DNA from: Rebecca billardiae RCC1528
Taxonomy: Eukaryota; Protista; Haptophyta
Direction: 5' to 3'
DNA length: 64,000 bases
Assembly (NCBI GenBank): GCA_965240325.2
Contig: OZ251252.1
Location: 1 to 64,000 of the forward strand
Shown: in pieces, positions 47,968 through 58,448 of the stretch
How the letters are laid out: each line of letters opens with the position of its first letter
Numbering within the stretch: the first letter of the stretch is position 1
Notes under the pieces: model-generated
What the model was told of the DNA's origin: nothing
The model's database searches: none
The model's input: the letters and a program-made list of their open reading frames with translations, nothing else
Position numbers and translations under genes: made by a program

Positions 47968-50746
47968 TCACTGCCCGCCGATCACGTACACCATCGTGCC
48001 CTCGGCGGGCGCGCGGCCGGTGCGCTCGGCGGTGGCGGGCTTGCTGCCGCCGGCCGTGCCGCCGCGCGTGGCGGTGGCCGTGCCGCTCGTGCCCGCCACC
48101 GGCGAGCCGCCGGTCGCGGCGCCGCGCGCGCTGCCCGCCGCGGAGCCGCCCGAGCCGGGCGGCGGTGGCAGCGCGGCCTGCGTGCCGTACGGCGACTGGC
48201 CGGGCTGGCGGCGGCGCGCCCACTCCTGGATCTGCCGAGGGCGCGTCCCGCGGCGCGCGGGGCGGGGGCGCGGCGGGCGTGAGCGACGACCGCGCCGCGC
48301 GTGCTGCCGCCGCTGCTGCCGCGTGCCGCTGCGCACACCTGCATGCGCTCCTTGTTCTTGTTCACCTTGCGGCGCGAGAAGGGCGTGAAGGCGGACTTCT
48401 GCTCCGCACGGCGCTCCATCTCCTCCTGAGAGCGCGGCGCGCGCGCACCACGGGCGGAGGGCGGGGGCGGCGCGGGCGGAGGGCGGGGGCGTGAGTGAGC
48501 GCCCACAGCGCGCGCGCCCTCCACAGCGCGCGCTGCCCTCGGCCAAACAGCCGCAGCGGCAGCGGCGCGGTGCGCGGTGCGCGCGCGGTGCGCGCGCGCA
48601 CCTCGTCGTCGTCCGCGCCGAGCTGCACGGCGTTGTTGGCCGCCATCACGAGCCGGTCGTAGATCTCGTCGATGGACTCGTACGCCTTGGGCGGCTTGGG
48701 TTGCACCCACTCGTAGAGCGCCTCCTGCGTGCGCACCTTGGTGGAGAGGTAGCGCTGCCGCCAGTGCGCGTGCAGCTGCGCCGTCACGTCCTCGTGCAGC
48801 TGCAGGTGCTCCTCGAGGTTGGCGACCGAGCACGCGCCGTCCGCGGGCAGCGCGCGCGTCGAGCGCGGCGCGAGCAGCTCGGTGATCGCCGCCACCTTGT
48901 CGCAGAGGTCGGCGAGCTGCGCCTCGATGCGGTACGCCGCCTCCGCCTCGGCCTGCGCGAGGCCGTCAAAGTCCATCACCGGCGCCGCGTCGCTCTCGAG
49001 CGCCACCTGCAGCTGGCGCTCGAGCGTGCGCGCCGTCTCCTGCGTGCCCTTGAGCTCCGCCTCCAGCCCCTGCAGCTCCACCTGCTGCGCGTGCAGGTAG
49101 CGCAGCAGCGAGGTGTTCTGCTGGTCCTTGGAGAGGTACCGAGATGTGATCTCCTCGATCGTCTGGTCGTCGCCCGGGGCAAACCGCTTGTCCATGCCGG
49201 TGAACTCCTGCAGCCGCGCGAACTCCGAGTCCCAGCCCACGACCTGCGACTGCAGGAAGCCCGCCTTGGTCTCCGCCTGCAGCTGCGCCAGCCTGCGCTG
49301 CTTGCCCAGCGCGTACTGCCGTCGCCTGCGCGCCTGCTCCGACTCGTCGATCGAGGCGAGCTTGTGGTCGTACTCCGAGTCGAGCGTGTCCGCCTTGGCC
49401 ATCAGCTCGGCGAGCTGGGACAGGCGGTGCGCCTTCTCCAGCCCCGAGTCGCGCTGCGTCTGCTGCAGCTTCACCTTCACCTTCTCGCGCTGGTCGAGCG
49501 CCGAGTGCGCCGCCTGCGCCAAAAACGCCATGTCCTCGTCCATCTTGCCGTCCTTCTCTGACATCTTGCGCACCTGCGACAGCACGAGCGCGCGCTCGGA
49601 GCGGAGGTCGTTGATCACGTGGATGAGCTCGGCGTTGGACGCCTCGAGCGCGTTCGCCTTCTCCACCAGCACCTGCAGCCGCGTCGCCAGCGCCTTCTCC
49701 TTGCGCGCCTGCCGCACCAGCTCCTCGGCCGCGCGCGCCTCGCCGCCGCGCGACTCCTTGAGCGTGAGCGCCACCTCCTGCTGCATGTGCCGCAGGTCGG
49801 CGTCCAGGTCCTGCCCGAGCAGCTGCTCCATCTGGAAGGCGCGCGTGTAGTAGTGGATCTTGTTCTGCCGCTGCATCGCGCGCTTCCGGATGCTCGCCTG
49901 CGTCGCGCTCACCGGCTTGGGCGGCGGCTTCTTCTGTTCGCGCGGCATCGGCACGCTCTTGCCGAGCGGGTTGCCCGCGTCGGGGGAGAGCGCCGAGAGG
50001 GCGAGGTCGTTGGCCGACATGGACTGCGCGGAGGAAGGGAGGGCGGGGGCGGGCGGGGGCGCGGGGGCGGCGGGGCGTCAGCGGGCGGCGCGCCGGGGCG
50101 GCGAGGCGCGCGCCGACAGACCCACACACAGACACACACACGCGCGTGCACGCACACGCACACGCACACGCGCACGTACCAGCTTCTCGGTGAGCGGCTT
50201 GGCGGCGCGGTCCTGCTCGCGCGTGCTCATGCGCTTGAGCACGCGCTCGAGGATGCGGCGCTGCCACACGGGCGTCTTCTGGTACCCCTGCGGCGCCAGC
50301 TTCTTCATCACGTGGTTCCAGTGCTCCTCCGTGCCCTCGTCCACCGCCACGCGCGCCTTGGAGGCCGTCTCGTTCACCACCGCGGCAAAGCGGCCGGCGG
50401 CGGAGGCCTTGCCGGCGCGGCCGGCGCGGCCGCCGGGGGGCGGGGAGGCGGCAGTGCCGCCCGCCGGCCCGCGCCCCGCGCCGTCCGCGCCGCTGCCCAG
50501 CTCGTCCGTCGTCGCCGTGCCGAGGCCGAGCGACGTCTCGCGCAGACCGGCGGCGCCGCCGGCCGCGACCGCGTTCGCGCCGCTGCCGGCGGGGGGCGCG
50601 GGCGGCTCGGAGGGCGCGAGCGCGTCGTTGGTGGCCTGCGTGGACGTCAGCTTGAACACGCCCTCGCCCGGCGCGGGGCTCGCCGGGTCGGCCGCGCCGC
50701 CGCCGTCGGGCGGCGCGAGCTGCTCGTCGTCGGCCGCGCTCGCCAT
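47968..50746 (-). CDS. Outer dynein arm docking-complex coiled-coil protein (ODAD1/CCDC114/ODA1-like)
   Basis: LATRLQVLVEKANALEASNAELIHVINDLRSER and FARLQEFTG...ITSRYLSKDQQNTSLLRYL parallel conserved CCDC114/63 blocks. Exons 50746-50180, 50023-48602, 48425-48339 and 48231-47968. Confidence 0.7.
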
Positions 50747-51108
50747 CGGCGCGAGCGGTGGCGGGCGGGTGGTGGGGGCGGCGAGCGCGAGGCTCGGCGG
50801 GAGCGCTCGGCCGCCGGGGAGAGGCCGGGCCGGGTGCTCGTGCGCGCGCGCGCGTGTGCCGGCTCGGGCGGCACGCGCGAGGCTGGGCGCGTCGAGGCGG
50901 TGCCGCAGGCAGCACTGCTGTGCGCGCAGACGCCCTGCTGAAACAGCCGGCGGCGCTTCTGCACCGTACCGTATCTGCTTTCAACCGAGTACGGGCGGGT
51001 GGGTAATCAAGTCCGGGCGGCGCGCGCCCGGAGCGGTCAGCCTCCAGCTTTTGCGCGATCAACGTGGCGCGCTTTGCGGACGCGAGGAAGGCGGAGGGCA
51101 GCGTCGCC

Positions 51109-52438
51109 ATGGCGCAGCGCGAGCAGTCGTTCATGCTGCTCCGGCACGAGGGCGTGCAGCGCCACCGGGTGCGCGCGTCCCCCCTCCCGCGCCCTCCCGC
51201 CCTCGCGCCCGCCCTCCGAGCGCCGCCGCTCTTGCCGCGCGCGCACCTCTTGCCGCGCGCGCGCGCGCGCGACGGGCGCGCGCGAGGCCGCCGCCCGCCG
51301 CCGCTCATGCGCTCGCGCGCGTGCCGCGCGGCGCCGGCGCCCGCAGCTCGGCGCGCTCGTCGCGAGGCTCGAGTCCAAGGGCCTCAAGCTCGTCGGCATG
51401 CGGCTCCTCGCCGCCACGCCGCCCGCCGCGCAAAAGTCGGCCGCGGCCAAGGCGGCGGGCTCGGGCGCGCTCGTCGCCATCGCCGTCGAGGGCCTCGGCG
51501 CGGTGCGCGCGTGCGCCGCGCTGGTGGGCGCGGACGGGTACGGCGCGCTCGACCCGGCACGCCCGCTCGCGTACGCATCCGCCGACGCCGCCGCCGCCGC
51601 CGCCGACGCCGCCGCCTGGCTGGGCGGGTGCGCGGTGGGCTACGCGCACCACTCGGATGCGCAGACGCACGAGCACGCGGCGGAGGCGGCGGCGGGCGCG
51701 GCGGCGGCGGGCGGTGGCGGCGCGGGGCACGGCGGGAAGAAGGGGGGCAAGCCCGCTGCGCCCGCGCCGCAGCCGCAGCCCGCCAAGCCCGCGCCGCCGC
51801 CCACGGCCGGCGCCAAGGGCGGCGGCAAGGGCAAGGGCGGCGGCGGCTCGGCCGCGCCGCCCGCGGCCGGCGGCGGCGCGGCCGGAGCGGCCGGCGGTCC
51901 GGGCGAGAGCATCCACGCGTATCTCGAGCGGCACGCGGTGCCCGCCCAGCTGAACACGGCGCTGAACCAGCTGCTCGAGGAGATGCCCGACCGGCCGTAC
52001 GACTGGCTCGCACGCCACTTCCTCGCGCAGGGTGCGCTGCAGCGGCGCGGCGCGGCGCGGGGTAGCGCGCGGCGCGCCGCGCGATCGGCCGCCGCCGCTC
52101 CGCTCAGCCGCCCCCGCCGCCGCGCCGACCGCCGCCCACCGCGCGCCCCGCCCACCGCGCTTAGGGCAGCCATAGCGCAGACGCCGGCGGGGGCGGGGGC
52201 CGAGCGGCCGCCCAAGCCGAGTGGCGCCGCCAAGCCCGCCCGCCGCGCGGCGCCGCCCGCGGCGGGCGGCCGCGCGGCGGCGGCGGCGCCGCCCGAGCCG
52301 GCCGCGGCCGCGGCCGCGGCCGCGCCGCGCGCCGTGCTACGCGGCGCGTGCGCGTGGGAGCCGGCGCACTGCACGCCGTGGGTGCCGCCGCCGGCGAAGC
52401 CTCCGTCGTGGCCGCCGCAGGCCGCGCTGTGGTCCTGA
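51109..52438 (+). CDS. Degenerate nucleoside-diphosphate-kinase domain plus Dpy-30/RIIa-like docking domain (NME5/RSP23-like architecture)
   Basis: EQSFMLLRHEGVQRHRLGALVARLESKGLKLVGMR and ALVAIAVEGLGAV align with NDK. AYLERHAVPAQLNTALNQLLEEMPDRPYDWLA is a D/D-type domain. Two GT-AG introns. Confidence 0.7.
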
Positions 52439-52720
52439 GTCCACGCACCCGCTCGCGAGCCGGGCCGGAGCCCTTATTCATAGTCCGAGTCGCGCCAGGA
52501 CGGTCCCAAGCGGAAGGGGGCCGCCCGTGACGTCCCATCGCCGGACTCGGCAGTCGTCGGCTCGGCAACGGCGCGCACTATTCATCAGATTCAGCCGGAT
52601 ATCATCATCGGTTCATCTCGCACGTGAGATGATAGCAGGCCCACAATTTCGTCGCGCTAGCGAATCGTTTCTCGCCGGACTGTGGCGCGGCGGTGGTGCA
52701 GGCGTGCAGTGCAGCTTCGC

Positions 52721-53834
52721 CAAGGGGAGTCAGGGTACAGCACGTCCAGTTGGGCTGCAGCTGGAGCTTGGGTACAAAAGCTTCCCGCGGCGCAGCGGCA
52801 CTCGCCGCCGCCGCCGCCGTGGAGGGGCGGTGTGGCGCGCACGGCGTGAGCCGCTGCGGGCGCTGAGGTGCGCGCGACGGCGGCGCGCCCGGCGGCGCTG
52901 CTGTAGGAGGCCACTGCCCTCCTCTCTGCCCCGCGCGCTTCGCTCGTCGTCGCCGTCTCCGCGCCTGCGACTCAGCGCGCACGCGAGCGCGGCACCGCCC
53001 GGCAGCCGGGGCAATCTCTGCCGTGACTGCGCATGTGCGTCGCGACCTGGTCGGCCCAGCGCGCGAGGCGCGTGCGGGCGAGGTAGGGCCAGTATGGGCG
53101 CGCGCCATGCCGCCTCGACCTTGCGCCGGTGGGCATGTCGCGGGCCTTGCACCTCTGTCGACAACGTTGACAAACAATGCGGCACCCAAGCGCAGACGTC
53201 AGTGTGCACGATCGAGGCAGTAGGCGTACAGACGCGATAGTTGCAGAGCTTTTTGTGATCATGCGAGTCATACATTGTCAGTGACTCTCGCCCAGGTCGT
53301 CTGCGCGCTGAACTGACGTTTTGACTGAGTGCCTCGAGATCGCCTCGACGATGGCCCGTGCATTGCTTGAACACAGTCCAAGCGGCCAACCAGACACACG
53401 TGCTCAGTTCCCTGTTGTACGCTCTGATGGGCTTACTTGAGGCGGCATGGCGCGCGCCCATACTGGCCCTACCTCGCCCGCACGCGCCTCGCGCGCTGGG
53501 CCGACCAGGTCGCGACGCACATGCGCAGTCATGGCAGAGATTGCCCCGGCTGCCGGGCGGTGCCGCGCTCGCGTGCGCGCTGAGTCGCAGGCGCGGAGAC
53601 GGAGACGACGAGCGAAGCGCGCGGGGCAGAGAGGAGGGCAGTGGCCTCCTACAGCAGCGCCGCCGGGCGCGCCGCCGTCGCGCGCACCTCAGCGCCCGCA
53701 GCGGCTCACGCCGTGCGCGCCACAACCGCCCCTCGACGGCGGCGGCGGCGGCGAGTGCCGCTGCGCCGCGGGAGCTTTTGTACCCAAGCTCCAGCTGCAG
53801 CCCAACTGGACGTGCTGTACCCTGACTCCCCTTG
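52721..53834. mobile_element. Foldback element 'P' (1114 bp) with 396-bp TIRs and 7-bp TSD; P-superfamily-like ends
   Basis: Arms 52721-53116 / 53439-53834 are nearly identical, with termini CAAGGGGAGTCAGGGTAC. Perfect TSD GCTTCGC at 52714-52720 and 53835-53841. Confidence 0.92.
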
Positions 53835-54017
53835 GCTTCGCAGTCGGGCCTGCTGGCTCGGCCGAGGTGCGCACACCCGCCGCCTCGCCCGGCTGCTCTG
53901 GAAGCTCAGGAGCCACAGCCGAGGCAAGGGGCGGCGCGAGGACAAGGGCAACCGCCCTCCACTCGCGCGCTCGCAACCATTCGCCTGCTGCCGCTCCAGG
54001 CGACGCCGGCGGGCGCG

Positions 54018-57000
54018 ATGGGCGAGCAGCCCGCCGGCGCACATCCACCTGAAAAAGACGGCGCCGCCGCCGCGCAGGTCGCGGCGCTCCTCGACGCGAG
54101 CGGCGCGCCGACGGCGGACGGTGAGCCGCTCGCTCCCGTGCTCGCGTCTCTCGCGCGCGCGCGGCCGGCGTCGCGCGCGGGCGTCGCGCGCGCGCGCGCG
54201 CGCCCAGACATCTCGACGCTCACGCGCGCACGCCATCCCGCCCCGCCCGCCGCCGCCCGCGCGCGCCGCGCCGCGCAGGCTGCGCGACGCTCGCGCAGCT
54301 CATCGCCGGCACCAGCTCTGCGCACGGCGACGCGTTCCGCACGGCGGTCGTCGCGGCGGTGCGCGCGAGCCGCGAGGACGAGGTCTTGTCCGCGCTCGTC
54401 GCCAGCTCGGCGTGCATGGCCGCGCTCAACGGCTGGCTCGACGACGCGCGCGCCGCGTGCGCGGACGGCGGCGAGCCGGCCTCGGCCTCGGCGACGGCGG
54501 CCTGCCTTGGGCTGCTAGCGGCGCTGGGGCGGCTTCCGGTGACGGTGAAGGTGCGCCGCGCTGCCCCGCGCGCGCCGACGCACGCGTGCGCGCCCCGTGC
54601 CCCGTGCCCGGCCGTCTGCCGCCCGTGCGCTCGGCTGTGCCGCGTGCTGCTGCCGTGTGCGCGCTGTGCTCCGCTCGTCGGCGTGTGCAAGTGTGCGTGT
54701 GCGTGTGCGCGTGCGTGTGTGCGCGCTCTGCGCGTCGGGCCGCGGCCTGGGCGGCGGCGCGGCGATGTACTGGGCGGCTGCTCCGCATCGCGACCTTTGC
54801 CACCGACGAGTCCTCCACTCCCACGCCAGCCGACGCCGCACCGCTCGCCGCGCGCCGCACCGCCGCGTCCCGGCCTCGCCGGGCGCGCGCCGGCGCGGCG
54901 CGCGTCGGCGGCGCGGCGCCGCGCGCGGCCTGGCGTAGCCCGCGCCTGATGAGCGCGCCGCTCGAGCTGCCTCAGCAGCGTGATGGCGCCCGCGAGGCGA
55001 TGGGTGGGCCATGGACAAACTGTCGCCTTGCGGCCGGCGTGCCACGCGCGCTCATCAGCGGGCGCTGACAGCACTGAGCGTCGTTCGAGTTGACCGCGCT
55101 AACCGGAGGTGGCGCGGACTGCCGATCGATCCCGAGGGGCGGCGAGCGAGCGACTCGGCGCCGCCGGCGCAGGCGCGAGGACATCCATGTGTACATACGC
55201 TGTGCAACTGAATGGGCGGGATGCCTTCGTGCGCTCAGACGCGACGGTATCGCTCCAGCGTGTCCACTCCGCCGCTCCCGCCGACGCCCACGTCCCACGC
55301 GTGCGCTGCTGCATAACCGCCTCTCCTACCGCCTCAGCCGCTGTGCTCACGAGTGGCGTCGGGGCTTTTGCGGCGGCCATTTTTTTTCCAACTGCTCCGC
55401 CCCAAAAAGCTGCGCATTCTGCTGCTGGCCTTTTTTTCAGCAGCGGCGGGAATATTCTGGCCTGCCTTTTCCAAAAAGGTTGGCTTGCTTGCTACCGGAT
55501 TTTGCTTTTCTTTTCGGCAAAACCCGGTGGAAAGGCATGCAGAGGTCATCAATTGGGGGGCCCATGCAGCGCAGGGCCTTGGCTGGCCTCAAGAGCGGAG
55601 GCGGCGGGCGCACGCGCGCGGCGGGTCAGCACGCCTCGCGGCTGGCGCGCCCTCGGCGGGCGGCGTCGGCCCAGCTGCGCGGGCGGCGCCGCCTGCCGCG
55701 CGCCGCGGGCCGTGAGCGCGGTCGCTCGGCCGGCGGGCGCGCGGGCGCAGGCCGCGTCCGAGCGCGCCGCCGCGCTGGGCCGAGTGGGTGGCTGGCCGGA
55801 GCAGCTGCGACGGGCACGGCGGCGGCCAGAGCGTAGATGCGCGCTTCGGGGGGCGTGGTGTGCCGTGTGCCTGTGCCGCCTGCGTGCCTGTGCGTGTGCT
55901 GCCGGGTGCCGAGTGCTGCCGGGCGCCGGGCGCGGGGTGCGGGGTGCGGGGTGCAGAGTGCGCCACTGCGGAGTGCAGAGTGCCGTGCAGAGTGCAGACC
56001 GACTGGCTGATGGCCGGCGGCCATGCTGATGGATGGCGGCTGCCCGGATGTCGGCGCGCGGCCGATGGCGCGCGCGGGCCGTAGCGCGGCCCGTCGCGCG
56101 CGGCTGGGATGAGCCCTCACCCGCGGCTCCCCTTCGCCCTTCCGCCGAACCCGGCCCCGCCCCGCGCCGCGCTCGGCGCCGGCCGCGCCCTCCCCTGCGC
56201 GGCGCTCGACGGCCCGCCCCGCGCTCGCGCGCCGTGTGCGCGCGCGCGCGTGCGTGTGCGCGGTGTGCGCGCGTGTGCCCCGCAGGCGCTGCAACTGTCC
56301 GGCATCGGCAAGAGCCTCAACCGGCTGCGCAAGGCGGCGGGGCTGGACGCGGAGGCGGCGGGCGCGGCGGCGGCTCTGATGGACTCGTGGAAGCAGCGCG
56401 CGGCTAGCGGCGGCGCGGCGGACGCGGGCGCTCCCGCGGCCGCGGCCGCGCTGCCCGCGCGCTCGCCCACCGGCCCGCCGCCCGCCGGCTCGGCCGAGAT
56501 GTTCTCAGCGCAGCCGCCCGCGCAGCAGCCCGCGGAGGCCGCGGACCCGCTCGCCTCGCTCGACTCTCTGCGCGCCTCGAAGCCCTCGCTCGCGCCCTCC
56601 GCGCCCGCGCCACCCGGCCAGCCGTCCGCCGTCGCGCTCTGGGCCGCGCCGCTCACCGGGCGCAAGCGCGCGGCGCCCGACGAGGACGGCGCCGCCGAGG
56701 GCGCGCCGAGCGCGCCGCCCACGTCGGCGTTCGGCGCGGCGCTGAGCGGCGCCGGCGCGCTGGCGAGCACGCTGGGCGCGGGCGCGCGGCCGGGCGCGGG
56801 CGCGCCGCTCAGCATCAGCACGGGTGGCAGTGGCGGCGGCTGGAGCGGCCCACCCACCCCGTCCTCTGCCGAGCAGGGGCAGCAGGGGCAGCAGCGCGCG
56901 GCGTCCGCGGACGCGGGCGGCGCGCCCGCCGGCCCGCCGCCGCGCAAGCGCCGCCGCCGCGTCTCCTGGGCGCCCGCCGTCTCGCTCGCCGTGATCCGCG

Positions 57001-57713
57001 AGTTTGAGAAGGATGCCAACCGCGGCATGCACGCGGCTGCGGCGGCGGCCGCCGCCGCGGCCGCGGGCGACAGTGCGGAGACGTCGTCGTTTGGGCCGCT
57101 GCGCGCCGGGCTCTCGGGCGACTCGCTCGAGAACGCCGCGTCGCACGCCGACTTTGGCGTGATGTTCAACCACGCGCGGCACTCGCAGCACGGGCCAGCC
57201 GGCGCGCGCGCCGCCGGCCGTGCGGGCCAGGGTGCGGCCCCCCCCGCGCGCAGGTCGCAGCCGATCGCGACCCTCAGCTGGTGCGTGCGCGCGCGCGCGC
57301 GCGCGCCAAGGGTGCCCACACGAGCGGGCGCGTCGCGCGCGCGCCGCGCCGCGGCGCGAAGCGTCGCGTTGCGCGCGGGCGCTCACACGCGCCGCGCGCC
57401 CGCCGCCTGTGCCCACCCGCGCGCCGCGCGCCGCGCCTCGCCCGGCAGGCAATCGCCCGCTCGGCTGTCGGACGAGGCGGGCCGTCCGCTCGCGCTGAGG
57501 CGCGGCGAGAGCTCGACCGAGGTCGGGGCCCAGAACAAGCGCACAGGCGCCATCTACCAGCCCGGCGGCTACCTCTGGCTCGACCCGTGGCGGACCGAGC
57601 CGCCCAAGGAGCCCGCGGCCGACGGGCAGGGCGGCGACCCGCGCCGGGCGCGGCGCGCCGCCGCGCCGACGCCGACGCTGATCCCACTCGACGCCGAGCC
57701 CGAGCCCTCCTCC

Positions 57714-57748
<35 letters not shown>

Positions 57749-58448
57749 CGTGTCGGACGGCGGCTTCGGCGGCGGCCGCGGCTCGCCCACGCCGGCCGCG
57801 GACGGCGCGCGCGCCGCCGTGGGCGCGCTCGACTCGTACCCACCGCATGGCGGCGGCGGCGGCGGCGGCTTTGGTGTGGGCTCGGGCTTCCCGCCGACGA
57901 GCGCGCCCGATCTGGGCGGGCTGGGCGGGCTGGGCGGGCTGATGGGTGGCGGGCTCGGCGGCGGCATGCTCGGCGGGCTCGGAGGCAGCGCGGGCGACAA
58001 CGCGCTCGAGTACGCCAAGGCGATGCTCGCCGCCGGGCCCGCGGGGATGGGCGGCATGCCCACGCTGCCGCCCGGGCTGGGCGGGCTCGGCGGCGGGCTC
58101 GGCGGGCTCGGCCCAAACCCGATGGCGAGCATGTTCGGCGGCGCGCCGCCGCTCGGCGGGTTGGGCTTGCCCGGCGCGGACTTTGGGATGGGCGGCGGCG
58201 GCAACTGGGGCGGCGGCGGCAAATGGGACGGCGGCGGCGGCGGCGGTGGTGGTGGCAACTGGGACGGCGGCAACAAGGGCGGCGGCGGGCACCACGGCAA
58301 CGATCGCTTCCGCGGAGGCGACCGCGGCTCGCGCGGCGGCGGCCCGGGCGGCGGCGGCTCCCACTCGTACCGCACCAAGCCGTGCCGGTACCACCGCATG
58401 CCTAGCGGCTGCCGCAACGGCGACAAGTGCAACTTCCTCCACGACTGA
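54018..58448 (+). CDS. PNUTS/PPP1R10-like PP1 nuclear targeting subunit
   Basis: TFIIS-N-like domain (LNGWL...LGRLPVTVK|ALQLSGIGKSLNRL...LMDSWK), RVxW motif RRRVSWAP..L..IREFE, Gly-rich tail and terminal CCCH finger CRYHRMPSGCRNGDKCNFLH. Exons 54018-54120, 54279-54550, 56286-57280 and 57449-58448. Confidence 0.82.
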
